Shown here: in pieces, positions 9,241 to 20,299 of the stretch
Position numbering within the stretch: position 1 is the first letter of the stretch
Layout of the letters: each line of letters starts with the position of its first letter
Made by a program: the position numbers and the translations under genes
From: an uncultured virus (IMG/VR IMGVR_UViG_3300022555_000044)
Taxonomy: Duplodnaviria; Heunggongvirae; Uroviricota; Caudoviricetes
DNA: 64,000 nucleotides
Reading direction: 5' to 3' (one strand)
IMG/VR virus record: IMGVR_UViG_3300022555_000044
The notes under the pieces: model-generated
The model's input: the letters and a program-made list of their open reading frames with translations, nothing else
Database searches by the model: none
Told to the model about the DNA's origin: nothing

Positions 9241-9549
9241 TTACATTTTACCTGTTTGATGAGCAAATGCAACTATAATTGTATTAAGATTAGCAATTAG
9301 ATTATCAATGCTAACACCCGAAGCAGAACAAATAGCAGTAAGTTGTGCTCTGGTGATTCTCATTGTATTAGATTTAATTACGTTATTGATTTTTGTTGGA
9401 TCACCCATCCATATATAACTCACTTCTGCAACTTCGTCAGTATCTTTTGGTGTGGTAGAAAACATTTCTGATAAAATATTTAGATTGTTAATTTGTACTA
9501 TTGATACTACTGAAGTAACCGTTATTGGTGGATTTAATGTTATTGTCAT
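9241..9549 (-). CDS. Hypothetical protein downstream of tail-fibre-like gene
   Basis: 102-aa ORF with RBS; position only. Confidence 0.5.
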   Translation of the reverse strand: MTITLNPPITVTSVVSIVQINNLNILSEMFSTTPKDTDEVAEVSYIWMGDPTKINNVIKSNTMRITRAQLTAICSASGVSIDNLIANLNTIIVAFAHQTGKM

Positions 9550-9562
9550 TGGACTAATCCTT

Positions 9563-12500
9563 TTATCTATACGATGTTATTGTTAATTTATGTATCCATA
9601 AACTTGAGTTAGTTGATATAGCCAATGAATAAATAAAATTACTATCAAATTTTATAGTACTAGTAAAAGTATTAACATCATCAAAAGTATGAGATATATT
9701 ATTAAAGTTGGTAGGTACTATTTGATCTATAAAAATATCTAATCCTGGATCGCTATTATCTGAAATATTCCATTCTGTTGTCAATAATGAATTTATAAAA
9801 TCAATAGTATAAACAACTGCATAATTATATGCGAGTGATGTATAATAACTTGAATTTATTCTCAATATTATTTTTTTGGTTCCATAAGGTATATTATATG
9901 GTAACAATCTCCACCAATAATTTGTTAATGCGGGAACTGTAGTAATTGAACCGGTATTGTGATAAGTAACTACTGATGTTGGATCAGTAAGCATATTAAA
10001 AAAGTCATAATTAGTTTTGAAGTCAGACCATTTTGAAGTAGTATCAGTTCCTGTGGATGTTTGACAATTTAATTCGTTTGCTGAACCTACATGTGTAGCA
10101 CCTCTAACAAGTGTTGTATTATTAACTACTAAATCTGGTTTTGGATTTAACATTTGAAAACTATCAGTATTAGAATTGTATTGCATATTAATTATCTGAT
10201 CAGTAGGGATCAGATCTAAGTATTCTGTTGATCCATCTGTAGATAATAATGATTTATTAGTTGCACCATCAAGATTTACATATAATTCATTAGATCTATT
10301 AAAAGATAAAATACTGATATTATCTAGACAACCAGTTGTACCGCCATAACTAAATTGTAATTTTTGTACCGGGGTACTATCAAAAGATAATGATCCTATA
10401 TTTTGTACAGATGTACCTGTCAGAACTAAAGTTTGATGAGGAACAACATCTGTTGAAAGTGTATATGATGACACGGTCCATGCATTAGTAGCAAAATGTC
10501 TAAGACCAGTACCATCATCATATAAAGTTCCAAAAGTAGCATATTTATTTCTAAATATAATATTATCTACTAATGTCGATTGAACGAACACAACATAGCA
10601 ATTAGCACCAGAACTAATCGACATTCTTGCATTTGTAGCACTATAATAATCAGTTGGATTAGTTGGATTAGTAAATGCGCCATCTGGGTTTGTAGCGGGA
10701 ATAAGAACATTGGTGGGTGTAGTACTATAATAATTATCAACCTTACTTTGATTACTAATATATTGAATATCTGATGCTGTAAGATTCTTGCTGTAGATTC
10801 TAAAATCTTCTAATACGCCACTAAAATAATCAATACTTCTATGTGAACCTATATAAACTGATTGAGTTCCATTATCATCAGTGGTTGCCGTTGCTGGCCA
10901 GTTGCAAACGTACGGTATGGTAACAGAAGTCTGTTTTACTCCATTAATATATGGTGTAATTGTTTTTTGATTACATACTAAAGCTATATGCATTCCATTA
11001 AACATTTTACTAGCAGGAATAATTACAGAACTAGGAGAGTGATCTAAAACTAAACATGTAAGGTTACCATTAGTATCAATATATACATGCCACGCATATG
11101 ATGTGGTATTTTCTCTTCTAGATATAATAGTACGAGTAGTTCCATCAAATCCAGCATCTACTAACCAGAATGTATATGTAAATACAGAGGCACCATTTAT
11201 ATCAGTAGAAGTGCCATTATTTATAGTTTCGTTATCTAATTTTATTGTATCAGAAGTACCATTAAATAAGAAAGAACCAGAAGAAGATATATAAAGATTA
11301 ACAAACAAACTAGATGTATTGCTTGTGGTATCACCAGTATTATTAGTAGCTGAACTAAGATGAGTTTTCAAATAAGCAGATAATACCGCACTACCACTAC
11401 TCCAATCGTATATAGAGTTATTTAAATTATCTTCGTTTAGTTTAAAATATCTTACTAAATTAGTTATTGGGGGTGAAGAATTTGTATAAATAGATGTGAT
11501 TTGTGGTGCACTTAATACTGAACTATACAATCTAAATTCACTTAATCTTCCTTTATAATAAGATGCACCCGTACTATGATATCCTCCGAGTTTAGCTATA
11601 CTAGCTCTAACTTGAGAAGTTATAGTTCCATAACCATAACTATAACCATATGTAATACTGCTAATAGACAACGTTGTTATTGGTGTCTGAGCAACACCAT
11701 TAACATATGCTATCATATAGTTTGGTCTAGATGTATTATATGTAACAGCAATATGATTCCATGCGTGACTGTTAAATTTAGAAGCAGTAGCTAATATAAA
11801 AGAGTGTGTTGATGGTGTAGCAGTATTATTATTAGCTAAGATCTGTACTAAATTTCCAGAAGCATCGATTCCCAAATTAAAATAGTTATAAGCTGAATTA
11901 TTTGATCTACCATAAATAGTTAATTGATAACCATTAGTTTTATAATTAATCCAACAAGAAATAGTTAATACAGAAGGAATTAATGGATCAGAATTATTAA
12001 CTGTACCAACATCAATATAATGGTATCCGGTATCATTAAATTTAAGAGCATAGTTTGGTTCATATCCAGTACTCTTTGTTTGCATAACACTAGCATTTCT
12101 AATAGAAACACCATTGGAATTTATATAAGATCCACTACCAACCCGAGTATCACCATTATTTACTATACTAATAGTTGCAGTATTATCATTCATCTTGTAT
12201 TGACGCCACATAGTAACGCCGGCGCCATTACCCTGAAATAATTGGGCAGGATTACTTATACCTACTGGATCTGATGGAGCTATAGGGGTAGTCAACATCG
12301 ATGAACTTACATTTACATGGTTCTCAGATAAACTGGGTATTTGCTGATTGGGTATTACTTGAAATACAGATTGATCTGCAGGATTTAGATTGTAATTACT
12401 TAAATCAAGTACACCACTATTATTATCAAAATCTGCATATAAAACATTAATACCTGTAGACTTTAATAATCCCTGAGCAATAGCTATTTCATTTTTATCT

Positions 12501-15500
12501 GCACTATATGTTAACTCATAAATCTGACCAGCTTGAATATCATTTGCTGTTACTGGAGTACTGTTTGCGCCGACTCCATTTTTAACTAAAGTCTTAGCTC
12601 CTAATAAAAGTGATGTTGTTGGATTCCATACATCGACAGTTGTTATTCCAACAGCAATATTAGATGGAATGAGTGTGAATGTACCGATACCACCAGAGGA
12701 AGCAATAAAAACAGCTGTTGAAGGAATTGGTTGGTTGTTTCCACTAATAGTAAGTGTAAAATGATAAGTATTAGTAGCATTGATATCAACCATTGTCCAT
12801 ATAGTATTAGGTCCTGAATTTGCAGATGTTACTGTCCAAATAGTATCTGTTGAGTTATATGCTGTATTTGATTGTTCTTCAAATATTAAATCTGCTGTTG
12901 GTCCATTATAACCAATACCCGATACAGATGAAACAATAAAATGATCATATATGACAGTATTTGACATAGATGCTATAAATCTCATTGCCATACCATCTAT
13001 AAATGAAGTAGGAACATTATTTAATCCAAAAGTATTATTTACTGGAGTCAATACGATATTTGAACTAGTACTACCATTAAGATTATCTTTATAAAAATCA
13101 CCATTAGCTGCAGCATCTTGTGTTGCTACTGATTTCCAAGTTCCGTCTGCAGCTAAGTATAGTGTAGTTGAAGATTCTTGAACTTCGGTTACTGTTGGTC
13201 CTCTAACTAAACCATTACCCATTGGATTATATGGGTTGATAATTTTACATGATAGTGGATCATGTACATTATATACTACGTATGCATATTGTGGAAATGC
13301 AGCTGAAGCTGCAGCTTTAGATTGATATGGGTTTCCACCGACAGGAGTAGCAGACCATTTAAGAGTTGACGTATTCCATAATATTGAAGACCATATCCAA
13401 GATACTGGTGCTGTTGGTGATGGCCATGTTGAACCCCAATTAACTTCAAACTCATGATTGATTGGTTTAAATATTGATGGAACATTATTAATAGTTGCAG
13501 AACCACCCCAAGTATTACTTAGAGTTGCTTCGCCTAATATTGGAGCTCTCCACCAAGTATTATCATATGTAATAAATATCATTCTACCATAATCATCAGG
13601 CGAAACCAATTGTGTTGTAACCCAAGTTTTAAATGCAGTATAATCTTGAAGTATCATAGTACTATGATCAGAAGCTGTAGGAAATGGTTTCCAGCTCCCA
13701 TCTGCTGTTAAAAATAATTGACTAGAAGTTTCTAAAGTTTCAGATGTTAATGGTCCTCTAACATAATTATCACCTGGTGGATTAGTAGGATTAACAATTC
13801 TGAATTCTAGAGGATGACCAACAGAATCATTATTACGAAATACAACATATGCTTTTAAACTATCCCATGCAGCAATCGCTAGATTTAAATCAGTTCCTGG
13901 TGGACTTGATGCACCGGTAGTAGCAACCCAATGATCAGTTGCCCATGATATAGTACACCATTTCCATATTGATGCATTTGCAGTATATGCAGCTGACCAC
14001 TCATTTGCACTAAACGTTGATGGTGTAACAAATGGGGCGTTAGTTCCTGTATTTGACAAATCCCAGCCATGTGCTGGATCTGTATCAGGATATACTAAAA
14101 CCGTTATATTCTTACCCCATCTAATATTAAATTCGCCTGTTCCACCACCTGCACTACCACCACCACCACCCACATTAGAAAGTTTATATGCTAATTCATC
14201 CAGTGCCTGCGATACATTAAGAGGTTTATTATCCCAATATTTTAACTGGGTAATATTGTTGTATGTTATTCTCGTAGCATCATTAAATGCTAAATCTTTT
14301 CTATCGGGATAATAAATGATCGCGTCTACTGTCACAGCATCTACAAAACGAAGCTTAGCTAAAATAAGATAATCTTCACCATATCTAGCATCTGAAATTT
14401 CTGCTTCAGTAGCTAATCCAATATATGCGTTATTGGGAATTGGATTTTTGAAGTAAGAATAATACACAACAAGATATGCCCACTTGACAAAAGCACTATC
14501 AGGACCGACAGTATTACCAACAATCTTAACAACGTGTGGAGTACTACCATCATCTTGTAAACCGGGTGGTGGTATTACCACATTACCAGAACCATCAAAA
14601 GTTGTTGATATTGGAGATCCACCATCTACAGAATAGTATGTTGCTGTAGGAGAATAAAAATCAGATACGCCAAAAGGAATTCCACCAATCCAATTATTAG
14701 CATTTGAATAATCTAAAGTTAATATTGGTACTGTAGGATTGGTACCGGTAAAACTAAGAGTAGTTTCATCTTTAATACAAACACCGGGCGTCACATGTGC
14801 GATATAATGTGGGTGCAACATATTCAACGGGATGTTTGTAGAATCAAGATTCGTTCCTGCGTAAAGATCCGGAGTAGATACTGTTGGTAACGTGATAGGA
14901 TTAATATCTATACCCAAATTAATAACTGGATCAACTGTAACAATGTTTAATTGTACAGTTGCATTAGAATATATATCTAAACTATCTAATTGAAAAGTAA
15001 ATATCAAACTTAAAGGCGAAGGACCATTATTTGATAATTGGAGATAACAAGTATAACTGCCTGCTGCTGGATGGTCATAACTCTTAGTTTCATTTCCTAC
15101 TGTAACAAATAAATTTTTTGGAACATTTGTTGTTGTAAATTGTACTTTAATATACTGACCAATATAAGAAGAATTTATAAGAGTATTATATGTAAGAGTT
15201 GCATTAATAGAAACAAGTGGTGATGGAATAGATGCTGTAACTATACCAGATGAAGTCCATACAACATTTGAACCAGTCCAACCGGTAATACCAGATGTGA
15301 AATGTTCTGTAAGGATATTGGCTCCGAGTGTTTCACTAATTGTATTAACACCGGTTACATCAAGACCAGCAACAACAAAATCTTTATTCTTTCCACCAGT
15401 AACAATACGAGTGAGCATATTAACATTATCACTGTTAAAAGAAGAATAGGGATTAACCGCTATTTCTTGTACTGGTGCTAAGTTTAGATTTGCTGAGATT

Positions 15501-15514
15501 CTTCTACTAGGCAT
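9563..15514 (-). CDS. Large tail fibre / adhesin-like protein with two LamG (concanavalin A-like) domains
   Basis: 1983 aa; TISCWIN...WNHIAVTY...YVNG...GRLSEFRLYSSVLS and a second copy ending FSGVLEDFRIYSKNLT; NVSQALDEL fibre motif. Confidence 0.75.
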   Translation of the reverse strand: MPSRRISANLNLAPVQEIAVNPYSSFNSDNVNMLTRIVTGGKNKDFVVAGLDVTGVNTISETLGANILTEHFTSGITGWTGSNVVWTSSGIVTASIPSPLVSINATLTYNTLINSSYIGQYIKVQFTTTNVPKNLFVTVGNETKSYDHPAAGSYTCYLQLSNNGPSPLSLIFTFQLDSLDIYSNATVQLNIVTVDPVINLGIDINPITLPTVSTPDLYAGTNLDSTNIPLNMLHPHYIAHVTPGVCIKDETTLSFTGTNPTVPILTLDYSNANNWIGGIPFGVSDFYSPTATYYSVDGGSPISTTFDGSGNVVIPPPGLQDDGSTPHVVKIVGNTVGPDSAFVKWAYLVVYYSYFKNPIPNNAYIGLATEAEISDARYGEDYLILAKLRFVDAVTVDAIIYYPDRKDLAFNDATRITYNNITQLKYWDNKPLNVSQALDELAYKLSNVGGGGGSAGGGTGEFNIRWGKNITVLVYPDTDPAHGWDLSNTGTNAPFVTPSTFSANEWSAAYTANASIWKWCTISWATDHWVATTGASSPPGTDLNLAIAAWDSLKAYVVFRNNDSVGHPLEFRIVNPTNPPGDNYVRGPLTSETLETSSQLFLTADGSWKPFPTASDHSTMILQDYTAFKTWVTTQLVSPDDYGRMIFITYDNTWWRAPILGEATLSNTWGGSATINNVPSIFKPINHEFEVNWGSTWPSPTAPVSWIWSSILWNTSTLKWSATPVGGNPYQSKAAASAAFPQYAYVVYNVHDPLSCKIINPYNPMGNGLVRGPTVTEVQESSTTLYLAADGTWKSVATQDAAANGDFYKDNLNGSTSSNIVLTPVNNTFGLNNVPTSFIDGMAMRFIASMSNTVIYDHFIVSSVSGIGYNGPTADLIFEEQSNTAYNSTDTIWTVTSANSGPNTIWTMVDINATNTYHFTLTISGNNQPIPSTAVFIASSGGIGTFTLIPSNIAVGITTVDVWNPTTSLLLGAKTLVKNGVGANSTPVTANDIQAGQIYELTYSADKNEIAIAQGLLKSTGINVLYADFDNNSGVLDLSNYNLNPADQSVFQVIPNQQIPSLSENHVNVSSSMLTTPIAPSDPVGISNPAQLFQGNGAGVTMWRQYKMNDNTATISIVNNGDTRVGSGSYINSNGVSIRNASVMQTKSTGYEPNYALKFNDTGYHYIDVGTVNNSDPLIPSVLTISCWINYKTNGYQLTIYGRSNNSAYNYFNLGIDASGNLVQILANNNTATPSTHSFILATASKFNSHAWNHIAVTYNTSRPNYMIAYVNGVAQTPITTLSISSITYGYSYGYGTITSQVRASIAKLGGYHSTGASYYKGRLSEFRLYSSVLSAPQITSIYTNSSPPITNLVRYFKLNEDNLNNSIYDWSSGSAVLSAYLKTHLSSATNNTGDTTSNTSSLFVNLYISSSGSFLFNGTSDTIKLDNETINNGTSTDINGASVFTYTFWLVDAGFDGTTRTIISRRENTTSYAWHVYIDTNGNLTCLVLDHSPSSVIIPASKMFNGMHIALVCNQKTITPYINGVKQTSVTIPYVCNWPATATTDDNGTQSVYIGSHRSIDYFSGVLEDFRIYSKNLTASDIQYISNQSKVDNYYSTTPTNVLIPATNPDGAFTNPTNPTDYYSATNARMSISSGANCYVVFVQSTLVDNIIFRNKYATFGTLYDDGTGLRHFATNAWTVSSYTLSTDVVPHQTLVLTGTSVQNIGSLSFDSTPVQKLQFSYGGTTGCLDNISILSFNRSNELYVNLDGATNKSLLSTDGSTEYLDLIPTDQIINMQYNSNTDSFQMLNPKPDLVVNNTTLVRGATHVGSANELNCQTSTGTDTTSKWSDFKTNYDFFNMLTDPTSVVTYHNTGSITTVPALTNYWWRLLPYNIPYGTKKIILRINSSYYTSLAYNYAVVYTIDFINSLLTTEWNISDNSDPGLDIFIDQIVPTNFNNISHTFDDVNTFTSTIKFDSNFIYSLAISTNSSLWIHKLTITSYR

Positions 15515-15638
15515 AGTAAATTCCTTTTAAATTGAAATAAGCACGCACTAAAAAATCATTTTAATTTATTCGGATGAAGCGTTGGGAAAAACTAACCGAT
15601 CCATTTTTAAGATCTATACCATGTTAAATCTTTTATCC

Positions 15639-16307
15639 TTATTGTTTCTCAAACATACTGCTTTTTGTACCTATATGTTGAAAATAATTATTATCTTCTT
15701 TTACGCTAATTTTATATTTATCGGATAATCTTGCTGCTCGATCAGCCATATTATTTTCACATTCTGCGCAATTTCCTTTATCGTAATATGGTCCAGTTAA
15801 TTTATGATATTCTGCTTTTTTCAAATGTGGATTATCTCCATAGTAATAAAAACCACTTTCTGGATCTAGTAATTTAATCTTTAATTCTTTATTGATATAC
15901 TCATTAAATGGTCTTACATGTACAAAATAATATCTAAGAACATAAATATCACAATGATTTTTTAGACAATCAATATCCTCATCTAAATTTATCTGTCTTG
16001 TTAATATCCAGTCATCTTGTAGATAGAAGATGAAATCTGAATCACATTTACCCAATCCAAAATTTAAGTTAGAACCTAAATTTGGATTTCCCGGTTTATA
16101 ATAAAACTCTATATTATTATCTTTGCAGTAATTTTCTGTTTCTATTTTTAATAGATGATCTTTTGGTTCAATAGCAGCTACCCATTTAATACTATACTTT
16201 GATATGTTAATATTTTTTTGAAATGAGTCCACTGTTTTTTTTAAATAATCAAGTCTTTCAGGACATCTATTCCACAATGTTAAAAAAATTGTTAGATCTG
16301 TTTTCAT
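15639..16307 (-). CDS. Glycosyltransferase, GT-A fold (GT2-like)
   Basis: LTLWNR...YL, FYLQDDW acidic motif, FQHIG C-terminus. Confidence 0.75.
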   Translation of the reverse strand: MKTDLTIFLTLWNRCPERLDYLKKTVDSFQKNINISKYSIKWVAAIEPKDHLLKIETENYCKDNNIEFYYKPGNPNLGSNLNFGLGKCDSDFIFYLQDDWILTRQINLDEDIDCLKNHCDIYVLRYYFVHVRPFNEYINKELKIKLLDPESGFYYYGDNPHLKKAEYHKLTGPYYDKGNCAECENNMADRAARLSDKYKISVKEDNNYFQHIGTKSSMFEKQ

Positions 16308-16325
16308 TTATACTTTTCTTTCTTA

Positions 16326-17342
16326 TTATTTATCAAATTGACTTATCAAATATCTAAACTTATCTGCTAGATGTTTTGCAATATTACTTGATTTTCTAGC
16401 TTCAGTAACTAACCAATGAGCATCTTGTCTCATTTGTTTCATCTTAATGGGATTACCCCGAACATAATCTATTCGATCAGCAAGATCAGAAAAATCACGC
16501 TGGCATTTAATATATGATAAATCACTTCTAAAAATATCAGGATAAGCAGCAACATAATCAATATCTGGTTTGATTATTATTGCACCATGAATCATTGCTT
16601 CAAAGTCTCTGTGACATGACTCCCCGTACCCCCATGGGGAGATGCATGATTTGCTACGAAGCATCATTTCTTCATAGGGGCCGCCGACGTTAAGAACTCT
16701 TCCTCGTTTAGCAAAAATATTTCTATTTATAATACTTTCTAATGTTTTAACGCACAATTCTCTATGATGAGATATAGCAGGATAACCATATTCCATCCAT
16801 CCACAAAAACAAGCATCTACATCTCGATTTCTATTTTGTAATTCTTGATCTGAATAACGTTTAAAAGTAGTATCAATTCTTCTGAAATGTAACCAACTCA
16901 ATCCATCGACTATCTTATTTAGTACGTTCTTATTATTAAAGAATTCTGGTTTTGCTATAAATGGTCTACGCTCAGAATTCGGATTTTCATTATAGTAACT
17001 AAGAAATTGATGATGATATTGGTTGAAATATGGTCCAAGAGCAAGTTCTTTATTTTTTGGTGCAGAAAATTTAAACCACCCCAAAACTAGAGGATTCAAT
17101 AATGGATCCATCTGATCAGGAACTGATGCATCATCTTGATGAATGAAAAAAACTTTATCATGAAGTTCTTTATTAAGAAATTCTTTGGTTGTCATACACA
17201 TTAAATAATCATATTTGATTAAATCTGGTGATAAATTAATATCATATTCTAATAATGCTTTCTGTATATCTGGTCTAGAATAAGCATCGATAGTATCTAT
17301 CATCCAGTCTTCTCTAGATAAATCTAACTTGATATTGATCAT
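16326..17342 (-). CDS. Glycosyltransferase-like protein, GT-B fold
   Basis: SKSCISPWGYGESCHRDFEAMIHGAIIIKPD nucleotide-sugar-binding-type motif. Confidence 0.65.
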   Translation of the reverse strand: MINIKLDLSREDWMIDTIDAYSRPDIQKALLEYDINLSPDLIKYDYLMCMTTKEFLNKELHDKVFFIHQDDASVPDQMDPLLNPLVLGWFKFSAPKNKELALGPYFNQYHHQFLSYYNENPNSERRPFIAKPEFFNNKNVLNKIVDGLSWLHFRRIDTTFKRYSDQELQNRNRDVDACFCGWMEYGYPAISHHRELCVKTLESIINRNIFAKRGRVLNVGGPYEEMMLRSKSCISPWGYGESCHRDFEAMIHGAIIIKPDIDYVAAYPDIFRSDLSYIKCQRDFSDLADRIDYVRGNPIKMKQMRQDAHWLVTEARKSSNIAKHLADKFRYLISQFDK

Positions 17343-18373
17343 CTTGCTCGCTCCTTGATTAGTTTTCTAAATAAATCAAAATATTGTTCGCTTCTTTCTT
17401 TCCAATCCCACAATTTAATAGTATGTTGCATATTTTCTGATACAGTTTGATTTCGAATAGCATCTTTAATTCCTTGAAATAAAGATTCAGCATTAGTATC
17501 ACACAAGTATCCGTTAACTCCATGAGTTATTAGTTCTGGTGCATTTCCAACTCTGGTAGATACAGGAATGCAACCACAAGCAGAAGACTCAAGTAATGGA
17601 CATGGGGTTCCTTCACATGAACTGGGTACAACATATATTGTGCCTGTATTATACCATTCTTTCATTTGATCTTGATTCATTCTATTTGACCCCATAGAAT
17701 CAACGAGTCTAAGATCATAGGGGATGTTTTCTTTCTTGAGCATTTCGCTTAATGGTACAATAATAGAATCATAATTTTTAACTGATCGATGAATTATAGA
17801 ACCAATCCAGAGAACTTTGTGTTTTCTTTCTTTTATTGGGTCGGTAACATAATAAGTATTTAGATCAACTCCATTTGATATAGAACATGTTTTTGGGTGT
17901 TTTCCATATTTTTGCCACATTTCTATATTATTACAAACAACAAAATCAGAAGGCCCAATACAATCTATTAATAACTGATTATTGTAGTTCCAACCAAGAG
18001 AATATATTGTTACTAAGATAGTATGTCCCGATGATGAATTAATATGATTTTTTGTATTTCCTGCATCACCGTGACACATTTGTAAAACTAAATCACAATT
18101 AGAAGTTTTTAAAAAATTACTATTAGTAGTATTTATTTCACATCTGATATTCATATCTGGTGGTGCATATTTTTTCATTATCATACACTGCCAATAATAT
18201 GCCCATCCCGGAGAATCATAGATTAGTTTGATATCATATACTGATTTGATTTTCAGATGTGTTTTTTTACCCATGTACTTTAGTTTTTGTACAGTATGAA
18301 AAGAATTAGGGTTATGGGGTACAGTTCTAGGTAATCTAAGACAATACTTGTTAAATGGATTAATTGTTTTCAT
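17339..18373 (-). CDS. Glycosyltransferase family 4-like
   Basis: ISNGVD; PSSCEGTPCPLLESSACG...TRVGNAPELI (E-x7-E). Confidence 0.88.
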   Translation of the reverse strand: MKTINPFNKYCLRLPRTVPHNPNSFHTVQKLKYMGKKTHLKIKSVYDIKLIYDSPGWAYYWQCMIMKKYAPPDMNIRCEINTTNSNFLKTSNCDLVLQMCHGDAGNTKNHINSSSGHTILVTIYSLGWNYNNQLLIDCIGPSDFVVCNNIEMWQKYGKHPKTCSISNGVDLNTYYVTDPIKERKHKVLWIGSIIHRSVKNYDSIIVPLSEMLKKENIPYDLRLVDSMGSNRMNQDQMKEWYNTGTIYVVPSSCEGTPCPLLESSACGCIPVSTRVGNAPELITHGVNGYLCDTNAESLFQGIKDAIRNQTVSENMQHTIKLWDWKERSEQYFDLFRKLIKERAR

Positions 18374-19266
18374 TTATAACTTTCCTGAAGAATATTTAGT
18401 ATTTGAATAAATTGTTCTATTACTTGTTCTTTATTTTCTTTCCATTGTTTTTCAGAAACTCGAAATATTCTTAATCCAATTTTTTGATAATCTTCATCTT
18501 TTTGAATATCTCGTTTTTTATAACATGTTCTATTGTGCCATGGTTCATCAAATTCAATTATTAAATATAGTTCTTTAATATAACCATCAGGGAAGTAACC
18601 AATTATTTTGGCATCGTTATCTATAAAATAATTTGTATATTTCTGAAGATCTGAAATAAACGGTTTCTCATTTTGGCCTTTTGTTGGTGAAAAAGTTTGT
18701 CCGTTTTTTAATCCAGATTCAACAAAAGAAATCATTTGTTCTCTTGCAAATTTTCTAAATTCGAATGTTTTAGAATAATTATCAACACCATAATTTTTTT
18801 TACATGTTTGTTTAGATTTTTCTTTAACATCTTCTGATTGAAATGAAATTTCTACACCCCTACGTTTTAAATTTGTTTGTCTTTTCTTTTCTTTTATTTG
18901 TAAAGATTGATTTGGATTTTCTAACCCATAATGTTTTAAACTTGTTTGTCGTTTCTTTTCTTTTATTTGTGGACATTGATTTGTACTTATAACTCCGTGG
19001 TTTTTTATATTTGTATTTTGTATATTTTTTATTTTATCTGGATGGTTGTTTGCGCATATAGTATTACAATATTTTTGATATCCTGAAATTAATGATAAAA
19101 AATTAGTTTGTTTTGAACATGTTAGACACATTCCCTCATTTTCTTTTTTTAGATATTTATCATAATATTCTTTTTTTCCATTATGCATTCTATAAAGATG
19201 AGCAGATAAACATTTTAAAGATAAAAATGATTTAAAACAAATTAAACATTCAATCTCTGTTTTCAT
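18370..19266 (-). CDS. Free-standing putative homing endonuclease (C2H2, repeats, Vsr/DUF559-like)
   Basis: CLIC...HLYRMH; YGVDN repeats; YFPDGYIKELYLIIEFDEPWH. Confidence 0.75.
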   Translation of the reverse strand: MKTEIECLICFKSFLSLKCLSAHLYRMHNGKKEYYDKYLKKENEGMCLTCSKQTNFLSLISGYQKYCNTICANNHPDKIKNIQNTNIKNHGVISTNQCPQIKEKKRQTSLKHYGLENPNQSLQIKEKKRQTNLKRRGVEISFQSEDVKEKSKQTCKKNYGVDNYSKTFEFRKFAREQMISFVESGLKNGQTFSPTKGQNEKPFISDLQKYTNYFIDNDAKIIGYFPDGYIKELYLIIEFDEPWHNRTCYKKRDIQKDEDYQKIGLRIFRVSEKQWKENKEQVIEQFIQILNILQESYK

Positions 19267-20170
19267 CTATTACCTTTCTAAAGAAATCAAAATACTGATC
19301 ACTTCTTTCTTTCCATCCCCATGTTTTAATCGAATCTTGCATGTTAATACTTAGTTCTTTATTCTTTGATGCCGCTGATCTGATTCCTTGCATTAACGAA
19401 TCAATAGTTGTATCACACAGATAACCATTCTTACCATTTACAATTATTTCAGGCATATTACCAACTCGAGAAGATACCACAGTACATCCACAAGCAGCAG
19501 CTTCTAATGCGGGATTTGGTGTTCCTTCTGAACTACTTGCACAAACATAAATACTTCCAGAATTATACCAAGAACACATCTGATCTTGATTCATTCTGTT
19601 CTTTCCATATGAATCAACCAATTTAAAATCAGTTGCAATTTTTTCAGATTGACATTGTTTAGTTAATGGAAGAAGGATTGATTCATAATTCTTAACTTTT
19701 CTATGACCAATTGATCCAATCCATAATACTCTAGATTTTCTTGTTTCAATTGGATTTCTAATATTAAATACATCTAGATCAACACCATTAGAAATTGTAA
19801 TTGTCTTTGGGTGTTTTCCATACTTTTCCCACATATCAAAATTGTTCACAATAACCCAATCAGAATCTCTAATACACCCATCCATCCAAGTATTTGCATA
19901 TCCCCAGCCTACTGAATATGTCGATACTACTAATGTTTTTTGTTTAGCTGCAAGTAAACATTTCTTTAATTGACCAGCATAACTGAATGCGCATTGAAGA
20001 ATCAAATCGTAGTTCTTTTCTCGAATATCATTATATTCACATGCAATAGTCACATCAAAATCTTTTGGTGCATATTTTTTCATCGCGACACACTGCCAAT
20101 AGTACGCCCATCCAGGTATGTCGAAAAGAAGTTTAATCTTGTATTTTTTATCATTCATGTTATAAAACAA
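19250..20170 (-). CDS. Glycosyltransferase family 4-like, paralogue of 17339..18373
   Basis: ASSSEGTPNPALEAAACG; shares PGWAYYWQC and NRMNQDQM with the paralogue. Confidence 0.88.
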   Translation of the reverse strand: MFYNMNDKKYKIKLLFDIPGWAYYWQCVAMKKYAPKDFDVTIACEYNDIREKNYDLILQCAFSYAGQLKKCLLAAKQKTLVVSTYSVGWGYANTWMDGCIRDSDWVIVNNFDMWEKYGKHPKTITISNGVDLDVFNIRNPIETRKSRVLWIGSIGHRKVKNYESILLPLTKQCQSEKIATDFKLVDSYGKNRMNQDQMCSWYNSGSIYVCASSSEGTPNPALEAAACGCTVVSSRVGNMPEIIVNGKNGYLCDTTIDSLMQGIRSAASKNKELSINMQDSIKTWGWKERSDQYFDFFRKVIDENRD

Positions 20171-20299
20171 TTCCTTTAAACAAACAATAGAAATTAAAAT
20201 TTATATTTTGTTCTAATATCAAAAAAATGAAACTGTTGAATTACTTCCCTAGATATTTGAACAAAATAAAAATTATTTCGCACTGGGAGTTTGTAACTT

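Noticed and set aside
15571..15605. Structured leader or riboswitch upstream of the large fibre gene
   Set aside because: Only a weak, bulged stem with no recognisable aptamer motif
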